From Chiloscyllium plagiosum (taxonomy: Eukaryota), in contig NC_057719.1 in assembly GCF_004010195.1 (NCBI RefSeq), positions 67,335,065-67,399,064 of the forward strand: a stretch of DNA of 64,000 nucleotides, given 5' to 3'. The notes under the pieces were generated by a model that was given only the letters and a program-made list of their open reading frames with translations, made no database searches and had not been told where the DNA came from. Shown here in pieces: positions 52,270-64,000 of this stretch (its first letter is position 1; each line of letters opens with the position of its first letter). Both the position numbers and the translations under genes were made by a program.

Positions 52270-53350
52270 AAAAACAACATACAAATGTTTTTGAAATAAT
52301 TCTAACAGCTTTTGATTATTACTTAAATCTGAGGACAACCAAAATTCTCGAAAGGGCAAGATTTAAAAGAAGAATCTAGTATCCAGTGGATTCTGCCATA
52401 ATTTATTTCATGATCACCATAATTAATGGAGAACTGTGACTATGGACATTTGAAATTAGAATTCATAACCGACAGAATTGTTGTTAGGATTACCAATGAG
52501 TCTTTATTAGATTTATCTAGTCCAAAGAACATTTGACTTTTGAGAAAACTGTTCAAATTGTGCTGCAAGCAGAAATGCGGAAGACTCACACAACGTTCTG
52601 AGGGGTGAAGAACAAACTTAAGATAAGTCAACAACAGAATCTATCCACCTTATAAGGTGTAAAATCCGTCGCAGACACGAGTGACAAGCTGACACAAAGA
52701 GTAGGCCAAATAGCAGATATTAAGGAGAAAGTGAGGTCTGCAGATGCTGGAGATCAGAGATGGAAATGTGTTGCTGGAAAAGCGCAGCAGGTCAGGCAGC
52801 ATCTAGGGAACAGGAGAATCGATGTTTCGGGCATTAGCCCTTCTTCAGCAGATATTAAGAGTCAGTGACAGAATGTTTGAGTGCAAAGGCCTCAAACAAA
52901 AGTAGTGCCCAGTTATGTTGAAACAATGTTATACAGGTCAACTACAAATCTATTTGCAGAATTGCAGAAGATGTGCAGAAACAGGACATAGTTACAGAAC
53001 AACAAACATTGTGGTGGTTACATGTGCAAGAAGCTAAATGGTGTGAAGCAAATATAGCTAGAAAAGATACCCAGGAATCCTAAAGGAAATTGGTAATTCA
53101 ACTGGTTCCAGTTTCAAATGAAAATGTCCAACTCGCAATAATTTGAAGTAAAAAGCAGTTACATACTTCAACAGAGATGTATCAGCAGATTGAAAATAAT
53201 GAGTTGCATAAGCAAAAAGGAAATGAGGTGCATGTTATGAAGCCAGACCAATGCCCACAGATTCAAGACGTAGTCATAGTCAAAAAAGGAAGTTGCTTGA
53301 CCTGAAAATCTAGGGTATTTCAAAGAATTAAGTGTAAATTTCAATTGAGC
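52270..53350 (+). mobile_element. Decayed Gypsy gag (possibly into protease)
   Basis: FEIILTAFDYYLNLRTTKILERARFKRRI and ENCDYGHLKLEFITDRIVVRITNESL..LTFEKTVQI. Confidence 0.7.
52725..52848 (-). mobile_element. Short Penelope-derived insertion starting at hammerhead core, 11-bp TSD
   Basis: Minus strand ctgaaga-a-gggc-taat-gccc-gaaacatc; cagatattaag at 52714-52724 and 52849-52859. Confidence 0.85.
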
Positions 53351-53554
53351 TGCCATCTTCCTTGGTGGACATTCGTGAGATTATAGTTCCCAGATAACGT
53401 ATTGGAACTATTACCTGAGCTAGCAGGCATGAACCTACCTTGAAGGGAATTCAAGAGATTAAGGGTCCTCCAGAGATGGTTATGGACCAACTCCTTGGCT
53501 AAGCAGAACTGTCATTCCTTGAGAAAGAAATATTAGAGATATAAGATGCCCAGA

Positions 53555-55041
53555 TTACAGAGGAGGAAGTGCTGGATGTCTTGAAACAGTTTAAAGGTGG
53601 ATAAATCCCCAGGACCTGATCAGGTGTACCCGAGAACTCTGTGGGAAGCTAGAGAAGTGATGGCTGGGCCTCTTGCTGAGATATTTGTATCATCGATAAT
53701 CACAGGTGAGGTGCCGGAAGACTAGAGGTTGGTAAACGTGGTGCCACTGTTTAAGAAGGGTGGTAAGGACAAGCCAGGGAACTATAGACCGGTGAGCCTG
53801 ACCTCGGTGGTGGGCAAGTTGTTGGAGGGAATCCTGAGGGACAAAATATACAAGTATTTGGAAAGGCAAGGACTGATACGGGATAGTCAACATGGCTTTG
53901 TGCGTGGGAAATTATGTCTCACAAAGTTGATTGAGTTTTTTGATGAAGAAACAAAGAAGATTGATGAGGGCAGAGCAGTAGATGTGATCTATATGGACTT
54001 CAGTAAGGCGTTCGACAAGGTTCCCCACGGGAGACTGATAGCAGGGTTAGATCTCATGGAATACAGGGAGAACNNNNNNNNNNNNNNNNNNNNNNNNNNN
54101 NNNNNNNNNNNNNNNNNNNNNNNNNNNNNNNNNNNNNNNNNNNNNNNNNNNNNNNNNNNNNNNNNNNNNNNNNNNNNNNNNNNNNNNNNNNNNNNNNNNN
54201 NNNNNNNNNNNNNNNNNNNNNNNNNNNNNNNNNNNNNNNNNNNNNNNNNNNNNNNNNNNNNNNNNNNNNNNNNNNNNNNNNNNNNNNNNNNNNNNNNNNN
54301 NNNNNNNNNNNNNNNNNNNNNNNNNNNNNNNNNNNNNNNNNNNNNNNNNNNNNNNNNNNNNNNNNNNNNNNNNNNNNNNNNNNNNNNNNNNNNNNNNNNN
54401 NNNNNNNNNNNNNNNNNNNNNNNNNNNNNNNNNNNNNNNNNNNNNNNNNNNNNNNNNNNNNNNNNNNNNNNNNNNNNNNNNNNNNNNNNNNNNNNNNNNN
54501 NNNNNNNNNNNNNNNNNNNNNNNNNNNNNNNNNNNNNNNNNNNNNNNNNNNNNNNNNNNNNNNNNNNNNNNNNNNNNNNNNNNNNNNNNNNNNNNNNNNN
54601 NNNNNNNNNNNNNNNNNNNNNNNNNNNNNNNNNNNNNNNNNNNNNNNNNNNNNNNNNNNNNNNNNNNNNNNNNNNNNNNNNNNNNNNNNNNNNNNNNNNN
54701 NNNNNNNNNNNNNNNNNNNNNNNNNNNNNNNNNNNNNNNNNNNNNNNNNNNNNNNNNNNNNNNNNNNNNNNNNNNNNNNNNNNNNNNNNNNNNNNNNNNN
54801 NNNNNNNNNNNNNNNNNNNNNNNNNNNNNNNNNNNNNNNNNNNNNNNNNNNNNNNNNNNNNNNNNNNNNNNNNNNNNNNNNGTGGAGGCTGGTACAATTG
54901 CAACATTTAAGAGGCATTTGGATGGGTATATGAATAGGAAGGGTTTGGAGGGATATGTGCCGGGTGCTGGCAGGTGGGACTAGATTGGGTTGGGATATCT
55001 GGTTGGCATGGACGGGTTGGACCGAAGGATCTGTTTCCATG
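53555..55041 (+). mobile_element. Young 5'-truncated CR1 (HER1-like) LINE spanning a gap
   Basis: VVPLFKKGGKDKPGNYRPVSLTSVVGKLLE..SQHGFVRGK..VDVIYMDFSKAFDKVPHGRL; 3' end closely matches 8970-9143. Confidence 0.93.
54074..54881. other. Assembly gap (808 N)
   Basis: Run of n. Confidence 1.
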
Positions 55042-58000
55042 CTGTACATCTCTATGACTCTAAGATCCTCCAGAGGATAAATGATTCAAAGATCCAAATC
55101 AAGGCTAACATTCCTGAAGCCAAGGACCTATCAATCTACCTATCAATCTATCACAAGGGATTATGTAGTGGAAGAATACTACCCCATCTTTCCCACCACC
55201 CCTCCCCCCATCCCCCACCCCAGGTCTGCAACTTCACATTTCAGTGTAGTCCAGTAGTAAATGTGTAAGTCGCCAGATTCCAAAATGGTTCATGCTCAGA
55301 GACTATATTGGGTTCCATGCATCCAATAGTGTTGCAGAGTCTTGAGTAAAGGATCAAGGACTCTAGCTCTAGGTTCTGGTGGGGTCAAATGTGTCATTTC
55401 TGGCTCCTCATAGTCTTAGTGAATATGTCTAACTAGCCAATATTGTTCCTATTGCTATCATGCAATGAACCACAACTTGTTGTTATGACAAGTGCCTCTT
55501 CTTGTTAAGATTCACATATGATTCATCCTCTAACGCTAGGCATTCAGACTCATTAGAAAAGGGAGAATTCATAACAACATTCCACCTCTACCATTAGCAG
55601 GCTGCAGATGGTGCTGCAAATATAAACAACAAACAAACTCTCTGTTGCTCATTTGTCATTTACTTTCACATTCTCACTTTCACTTAATCACAAATTGCAT
55701 GTTTTTCCACTGGCATTAACAATAAATTTTATGGTGGATTGGGCCAGCCCAAATTTTGTGTGTTAACATAACATGTGGAGCATATTAATTAAATGTTTTT
55801 TGGTGAAAACACAATTTATATCACAAAGCAAGTTGGAGTGCACAGCTAGGACACTGAAATATGGTTTGTCTGAGTAAAGACTTAATTTGAAAAAAGTAAA
55901 ACTAAAGCGTGGGGGTAGGGAAAGCAGTGTGGAATAATAACCAAATGATGTTTATTTCCAGTGTCAACACCTTGTTATTCTCCATAACGCTGAGTAACTT
56001 GTGACTTAGATAACATGCCAAAGAACCAGACTTTTATGCTAAATCACTCAAACAACAATACAGCGGCAAGATGAAAGTTGAGCACAGTTGCATGTAACTG
56101 GACAAAAAACTGGGTGGAGGCTTGGCCTCAGGGGAAGTGGAGTTGGAAGCAGAAAGGATTTATTTAATTGTTCCCTCAGAAATATATATTTTCACATCAA
56201 AACATTCCTCTTCTTAATTTCACATTATTATTTGTACTCTCATGGTAAAAATCACTCAGTGTCTACTCAGTGACGCAGCCCAACTTTATTTCCGGCCTCA
56301 CGGTTTCCAGTCATATCCAGTATCCAAAAGATTTTGAAAGTCACAATGACATCTCCTGTAAAAATCTTCTAATTTTGCCTAGAGTTTCATATGGTCATCA
56401 CTTATTTCAAAGTGTCCAGTGCATTTACACAGCAAGCTAAATCTTGTTCCTTCACCTGATCCACTGAAACCTCAGAGGCAAATATTTACCAGTACACCCA
56501 ACATCTCTGTCTCCTCATGGTCATTGATCTTCAGTCACTTTGTTTTATCTCATGTACATAAGCCTGTGGATCTGCACAGACATAAAACAGCTAAGTTCCT
56601 CCTAAGCAGCTGATCAAAATTCAGCTGCATGCACGGTTCTGTGACCTATGCTTATCTTTTAAAAGATGCTCACAGTCCAACATCTGTAGAACACAAGAAT
56701 TCTCTTACAACCTGCACACATTATGTACAATTTACAAATGCAACAATAGCCATTTCTGTAAATTCAAAAAAAGTAGGAAAATCCAATCATGCCGTAAAAG
56801 GTGACACGCTGACCCAATGATTATGGCAAATACAATTCAAAATTGTAGAAGATGACAAACTTGTTTGTGAAAGAACCTCTTTTGCATCTCATTAACACAC
56901 CAATAATTGAATACTGGTCATACATAGTCAGTGCACAGTTATTTTTGTAACAAAATCACAATGCATGAAAATAGCACTCTTTTGCCTTACGAGAAAATAA
57001 ATACTTGTGAAAACATTTACAATTGCCTGTATAATTACTGATTATAAAATTATACCTTGAATTCTTGTCTCTCTCTATGCTTTAAATATGCTTTGACTTT
57101 AAAATATCAAGTTGCTCCTTATTGTGCTCAAGTTGATCATTGTAATCCTAGTTCAAGGGGATTCTGATATATCCTTTTTGTATTTTACTACTGGGCAAAA
57201 ATGATTAATTTCGTTTGGACATTCTGAATTATAATTAAATTCCGTTTTGCTCAACGTAAAAGAGGTAAAAACAGGAAGATAATAATTGCTGGCAAAGACA
57301 ATTGTTAGTTGCAGAGAGTTATTGTGTTCTGAGACTTGTAGTTTGTAAGGTTTGGGAGGTCTTTGGCAAGGCACACATTTCTCTTGTCTGTGAGACCTTT
57401 TAAAAGGTCTCCTTGTTAAGTCTGAAATGACACTATGACAGGCTGCATGAGAGATTTAGACAATGAAGCAGACTGCAGTACTGATTATTTCCACTTGCTT
57501 GATTGGCAGTTCACGCCCATCTAACAATATCGAAATACACTTTGCTACTAATTTTCTTAAAACGAAAACTGCTCGTATTTCAAGGTCACCTTATTAAAAG
57601 AGTTTCAAGGCAGATTTCAACAAAGATGTGTCTATTTACAAGAGCACACATCAGTGGTCACTGGGGAAGATACGCTCTGGAGAAAAAAGATATTTCCTTA
57701 TAAACTTCACACATCACCGCAGATAAAATTGGCCTTGCCTGTTCACATCCTTCCTGTCTGTATACCATTAGGAGTACAGTTCATAAACAATCTATATCAT
57801 ACAAAGATAAAATGATGGTTAGTTTGACATAAAAAGTCCCATACTGCTTTACTTGTTTTCTGTGGACTTTTTCTAATGCAACCCTGAACCTGTTTTGTTT
57901 GGATTCATTGGAGCAAGCTTTAGACTCATGCTTTTGTTTGATGCCTGGCTGGTAATGAAGAGCTCTTCACCTCAATGCAACTTTATTTCACCATTAGCTG

Positions 58001-58964
58001 AAGCCCTTGAAACAGTCATTGAGAAAACAGGAGGAGTTTAAAACCCTTCAAAATCAAGGTGTTTAGTGCCACTCTTGTATCAATCAAGGAGCCCCTCCAG
58101 TAAGTGCTATTTCCTTTCTGTGCTTACATTTACATGAAATATTCATAAAGCATTCAGTTGTGCTCTTCAGTCTCTTAATAATCACTTTTAAGAAAAAGCT
58201 GCAATCATCTCAGTCAGGGCAGAGTGTTATGGGATGTGCTGTACCTTTCAGTGCCAGGCTTCCTGCAGATTACTAGTTTTGTAATGAGGTGATTGACATC
58301 ACAGGCTACTAAAGGCTCTCATCACAAACCCAGACAACTACTGCCTGTTGTCCTGTCTTCACAGGCCTACCCTCTCTTACAATTGTTCATCTGGGTAATG
58401 GTGTGCAAAAAAGAAATGAGTAAGCAATATCCTTTCTATCAATTTATAATTTAAAAAAGGTTCAAAATCAAAAGGTTTTAGTGCACCGCAGGATTCAGAA
58501 AAAATAATTGATAAAAATATTGTGACATTACTTAGCAAATATAATCCTAAAACCTGACCGTCTGTCAATAGGCATTTCCATTATTTTCAACTTTCAATTT
58601 GAATGAATTGATTACCTATATTCTTTATGCTGGCTTTAAAGCACAAGTTCAATAGAAACCTTTCATCTGTCTGTGCTAGTTTACTTTGTAAAGCAAGCAG
58701 TAAATGCTGCTCAGTGGAAAAGAAAGGTCAGTGCACAAGAATAGAAGCAAGAAGCCACACAGTGTTGTAAGAGATTTGTCTCCAACAAACTCTTGCCAAG
58801 GATAAAACCCAATTGAACCCATCTACGGGGATCAGTCAACATGAATGGTATTGATGTTTGTTTTGCTGTAGGCACTGATGGGGGTGGACTGCACCAAGAT
58901 ATACATCCCATTTGCACCATGCTTACTTAGATCAAGGAAAAGAGAGTTCATCACAAATAATTCA

Positions 58965-59200
58965 ATGAAACAAAAACAATATTCTGTAGATACAGGAAAT
59001 CAGAGCAGAAAGGAGCTCAGAAAACACTCAGCAGGCCTGGCAGAATCTGTGGAGAGAGAAACGGAATTAACAGTTCGGGTCGATAAACTGTTCATCAGAA
59101 CTCTAAAAGGTCATTGACCTGAAACTTTAACTCTGTTTCTCTCTCCACAGATGCTGCCAGACCTGCTGAGTGCTTCCGGCACCTTTTTGTTTTCATTTCA
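58965..59200. mobile_element. Foldback PLE-derived element
   Basis: cactcagcaggcctggcagaatctgtggagagagaaac is inverted against gtttctctctccacagatgctgccagacctgctgagtg; centre ttcatcagaa near 59091-59100. Confidence 0.8.
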
Positions 59201-59559
59201 CATAATTGAACACAGCCACAAAATCTTGCTCAATGGCCAGTGAAATGTGTAACATGAGAAAAGTATTGACTCTTTTTCCAATGTAGAAATTTCAAGACTG
59301 CTTTGCAGTCAGTTTTCTGTCACAGCACAACCACTGTGCGATGCACTGTTTCTTTCAGCTGGTCTCCATTTAATGTAGAATCTTTAATTTCTCTTATCCT
59401 TAGAATTCCCAGCTTAACTGGTAGGCCAACCACACCCAGCTACTCATCTCTCGATGACGCTCTTCATTTGGCTAAGAGATTTGCATGAGAGTGTCACAAG
59501 TTAAGTTGTTTCTTGATTTTACTTTCTCCTAAACAAGGCTGACATCATGAGTGGAATAG

Positions 59560-60010
59560 TTTCTCTTGGCTGCTGTCCCACCTTGCACCATTTTTAAACT
59601 TCACCTCCTCTAAAAATCTACTGCCCATATCCTAATTCCCTCCTTTCAATCACATGTCCCTGATCTATTTTGCCATCCAGTCTTTGCCTATAAAATTCTC
59701 ATTCTTGCTTAAAAATCCATCCATAGGATTCTCCAGTCTCTGTTCCTGTGACGCCTTTCTGTCCTGCAACCCTCCAGGATGGCAACTCTCCTCCAATTCT
59801 GGCCTTCTTTTGCATCTCGCAATCTTAATCACCCCAACACTGGCAGCCATACCAATAGCTGCCTAAGATTTGAAACTATATTTCTACCTCACTTTCTCTT
59901 TTAAGACCCTTTGTAAAACTTCCAACCAATTGTGAAGTGACATGTCCAAACATTATTTGGTATCAAATTATGTTTGATAATGCTCCTATGAAAGCATTTT
60001 ACTGGGCTAA
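59560..60010 (+). mobile_element. L2-like LINE 3' end
   Basis: IKFSFLL..SIGFSSLCSCDAFLSCNPP..LSSSNSGLL-type C-terminal remnant and tttgataatgctcctatgaaagc tail. Confidence 0.55.
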
Positions 60011-60184
60011 AAACAAACAAATGCAAATTTTTGAGCATATTTGGCTAGCATTTGGCTCCTTTCAGTCTGGGACATCAGTTCAAATATCACTCAAATCTAG
60101 CTGAGTCTTTTAGGCTCCAGTCCATTATTTTATTATGAAAACTGAATACTTTTATGTTTCTTCTGTAAACTTACTAATGTTCTA

Positions 60185-61358
60185 CAAATTGCAGGAGGTG
60201 AGTAGCGTAACAGGTAAATGTAGTGAGTGGGGTGACAATAGCAATGTGGATATAAAATTGGTCAGCTGATAGGAAACAGAGAAAGATGGTCCTGAACAAG
60301 TGTCCCGCTAAGTTTCTCCAACATTCTCTGTGTTTGTATGAAACAAGGGTATTTTTTTCAGGCTGCAGTGTGGTGGAGTTACTGTGACATCAGTATTAGG
60401 ACCCTTGCTTTTTCTGATTTAATAATGATCTAGATCTTGGTGTTCAGGCTACAATATTAAAGTTTGCAAAAGGCACAAAACTTGGAAGAATTGTAAACTG
60501 TGAAGAGGACGGTATGGAACTCCAAAAGAGTGTTGATAAGTTGGAGGGGTGGGCAGACAGGTAACAGATAAGGTTCAATGCAGAGAAGTGTGACGCAATG
60601 CACTTTGTTAGGAGCGACCCTGTAAGACAATATAAAATGTGAGGTACAATTCTAAAGGTCGTGGAGGAACAGAGGAACCTGGGTGTATATGTACACAGAA
60701 TATTGAAAGTGACAGGACAGGTGCAGAGAGCAGTTAATAAATTATCCTTGACTTTTTAATAAGAAATAAGGTACATGAGCAAGGTGGTTTTGTTAAAATT
60801 TTATAAGACACTTGTTAGACTACAAGGTGGAATATTGAGTGCTGGAGTTCTGGGTGCCACTATATTGGAAAGATGTGAACACATTGAAGAGAGTGCAGAA
60901 GCAATTTAAAAGAATAGTTTCAGGAATGACCACCTTCAGTTATGAAGATAGATGGAAGATGTTGGGACTGTTCTACTTGGAGAGAAAGTGGCTGAGAGGA
61001 GATTTGATAGAGGGTTACAGAATTATGAACAGGCTTGATAGAGTAGTAATGAAAAGCTGTTACTGCTCATAAAATGAACAAAAATAAGACTGCATAAAAG
61101 TGATGTGCAAAAAGAAGGGTGATGTGAAATAAAGAATTTCACTCAGTGAGTACTTAGGGTATGCACTGCTTGGAAATGTGGTGAAAGAAGGTTCAACTGA
61201 GGCATTAAAGAGGATTATGGATGATTATTGGAATAGAAGTGGTATGCAAGGTTTGGGGAAAAAAATAAAAGATTGGCTCTAGGTAATTTGAAGAGCTAGT
61301 GCATGCATGATGGGCCAAATAGCCTCCTTCAGCACTTTAACAGTTCTGTCATTCTATG
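60185..61358 (+). mobile_element. Old CR1 RT/3' end
   Basis: SVLGPLLF, LKFAKGTKLG, FWVPLYWKDVNTLKRVQKQFKRIVSGM..SYEDR..LRGDLIE; tail tgatgggccaaatagcctcct..ttctatg. Confidence 0.85.
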
Positions 61359-62477
61359 GTCAGTGCTGCTTAGTTTGATTTTACTGAGATTGAAGATAAA
61401 TATTGTTGTGAATATGCCAAAACAAATCTATGTATGAGAAACAGGGTAGAACAACTCATTTACTTCCACACTCTTCTGCATCCATACTGAATCTACGGAA
61501 CTCACATTTGATCTGCATAAAGAAAGCACGTTTCACATCTTTCCAGAGCAACTTTCTCCCTTGATGTCAATGTGTGATATTTGAAGTCAGACAATTTTCC
61601 AGGTGCTCCTGGAAGCTGCATAAAATCGTAGTTGGATACATTGCCACTAGCCTAGATACGAGATGCTGATCTCCCAAACAGGGCATTGTTATACTTTCAT
61701 TACATCCCTAAAGTAGGTACGACAAGATACAACCATTATTCAGGACTACTTTGCCTCATCGACATTTTGTCTACATTAAATAAATTCCTCCATTATTGCA
61801 CATTTAACCACCTTGATATTTTCAACAGGCTCGAGAACATTTCTGCGGTAGCCTAGCAAAATTATTGCATTCTCTCACCTTCATAGACATTTGTTTTTGC
61901 TAATTTAGCAATATTCTTTGCACACTTTGTTAAATCATATCATTTTTGTCAAATAATCCCCAGAATAACATTGCTTTACCTTTTGCCATCTTTATTCCTC
62001 CTTTGTAGACGGAGGCACTATTTCACCATAATAGAAATTGTCAGCCCTATAACAAAGCAACACTGTTTATTTGCTTTGGACAGCACAGTCTTCAAAATGG
62101 CATTAATGAAACGTTCAACATTTGTGCATGGTTAAGTGGCTTTTTAACTAACAGTGGGATTGTCTGATTTACACTTTGTTGATGAAATTGCAACCTCATC
62201 ATGGCTGGCCCAAACTACTTTGAGGCAATTTTACCCTTCGGCATACTATTAGTGAGAGGTAGGGTTGGGTGATGTTGGCAGCATTTTGGAGGTGGCATTG
62301 CAAATAAGGCTTGACATGTCATAATCTGGATGTTCTGAAGAGCAATATCTCCCTATTTCATAAACTCATATGGCTCAGGAGAGGTGCTCTAGTGGTAAGA
62401 TAATTACACTTATAACTCCCTGTTCTTAGCAGAAGGTGGCTAGGCTGTTTCTGCTGTTAATGTGGAATTTTAAAAAT

Positions 62478-63221
62478 TTAGGTTTTATTGTCACATGGGC
62501 AAGAGTACAGTGTGCAAGTACAGGGTACATGAGTACAGTGAAAAATGTACAACATTACCACATGTGGCACCATCTTAGGTACAAAATACCTAGGGACAAA
62601 ATCTTAGTTACAGAAGTAGGAAAATAACTATAAAAAGTTTAAAAAGTTCAGCACTGCAGTCTTCTTGGTATAAGAGTGGAAAAATAAAAGAAATAAAGTT
62701 AAAAAGTTAAACATTATAGTCCTTTCATCAGCAAAAGGCACTCCCATGCTGGGCTCTCCCCAGCAGGGCTCGCTCTCCCCTGTACTGAGCATGCTTCCCC
62801 ATGCTGGGATCAGACCCGCCTGTGTCCGCCAGACACCTTTGCTGCTGACCGCTGCTGCTGAACTCCACTGGGCATGTCAGGCTTTGGCAACATTCACAAG
62901 GCTCTGTCCCTGACCGCTGCTGCTGTGACCATCTGGACTTGTGCTGGGCCCCAGACACTGCCATGATCCATTTCCAAAATGGCCACCTCACCGCATGCTC
63001 TGATGCCGCTCCAGACATTGATGAAGCTGCGATGCTACTACCACCGCGATCAACCGCCCATTGACTGGCTGCCCAAAGTGCCCCAGCCACTGCTGTTGCT
63101 GCTTCACGAACGAGCTCTAAAGACTGAAGGACTAAAAGAAAGAAAGAGAAAAAGTGAGAAAAGATTAAGAAAGAATAGCAGTCAGAGCTCTGGTGAGGAG
63201 CCATACTCCGCCGCCATCTTG
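62478..63221 (-). mobile_element. Apparently full-length non-coding retroposon beginning CAAGATGGCGGC
   Basis: Minus strand: caagatggcggcggagta..gagctc, pyrimidine tract, GC-rich body, taagatggtgcc, ttcactgta..catgtgacaataaa. Confidence 0.7.
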
Positions 63222-64000
63222 AATGGAACGTATGCATGCCGACACGCTTCAGAGGATGTCCAGGCAGACCTGCCGCAGTCTACAATGATCCAAGTGCTCA
63301 AAAAAATTCAGACTTTTGATGGCCAAACAAAATGCATTTCTCACTGTCGGCCACAGGTCTAACAGTAATGGAAGCAACCTTGTAGTTAGTGATGCTGGTC
63401 TAGTGCTTAGCATTGAAGCTCCTTAACCATTGTTCCTTATGGCACAAAGTGACCCTGTATTTGTGTACCCCCTGCTTGTTGAATACCTTCACCCCCCTTC
63501 CCTCATACTCAATTTTTCGCACTCCCTGCATCATTCTATATCATTTATTTGCTGCTTCTCCTGTGCCTATTGATTGTCTTCCATTACCACTCTGATAGAG
63601 CTGCAAGAACAACTGTCATAATCAGGAGGATTTACAGATTTAGGACCTGCCAGTGTTTTAAAAGCAAGGAAACTTGGCAAGGTCCACTTTCAGCTCAATC
63701 CACAATCATCTTTCTGAATGTCCCTTTAACTATCATGGTCTGCATCCTGCATTCAGTTTCCTGGCCAGTTCTTACACTTAGCACCTATTGTTATTTCTGT
63801 TCAAATGACATAGTTCACTACAGAAATAACACTGCTAACTAAAACTGATGGTGACTGGACAGCTGAACCTCTTGCGAATTTCAAAATGGTTGTGACACAG
63901 TGCACGCACAAACAAGATGACAAGATGATCATATTAACATTCTGGTCACAACCATTGCACTAGTCAGAATGGGTTAAAATGAACACGTTTATTTCCACAG

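Noticed and set aside
53729..55049. 393-aa and 300-aa ORFs
   Set aside because: CR1 RT fragment read through the N gap; has an upstream stop and frameshift, not a host gene
62728..63362. 169-aa and 127-aa ORFs
   Set aside because: Chance ORFs in a GC-rich repeat; no domain recognised
1..64000. CRISPR arrays, rRNA genes, prokaryotic operons or endogenous viral genes
   Set aside because: None seen; the sequence is eukaryotic repeat-rich DNA with no regularly spaced repeats or long intact ORFs

Overview
Repeat-dense, AT-rich vertebrate DNA, almost certainly from a cartilaginous fish (HE1-type SINE, HER1/CR1 LINE 3' ends, Deu-domain SINE), with two assembly gaps. I could not support any host protein-coding exon or intact ORF, so this looks like a large intron or gene desert. 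The recognisable content is mobile DNA: CR1 and L2/CR1-group LINE fragments, three decayed Gypsy LTR elements, several Penelope-like element (PLE) fragments with RT and GIY-YIG motifs, one decayed PIF/Harbinger transposase nested in a CR1, tRNA-derived SINEs, and a non-coding family carrying AAGATGGCG (YY1-like) motifs. The most interesting signal is a set of roughly ten short (90-240 bp) non-coding PLE-derived insertions. Most carry a minimal hammerhead-ribozyme motif (CTGANGA-N-stem II-GAAACGTC) with family-specific compensatory stem I changes, several are flanked by 11-15 bp target-site duplications, and several fold back on themselves at the ribozyme core. Repeat-poor stretches (about 21.5-23.7, 26-33.9, 43.4-45.4 and 55.3-58.9 kb) may hold conserved non-coding elements, but that needs alignments. 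All calls are by eye; boundaries of old repeats are approximate.
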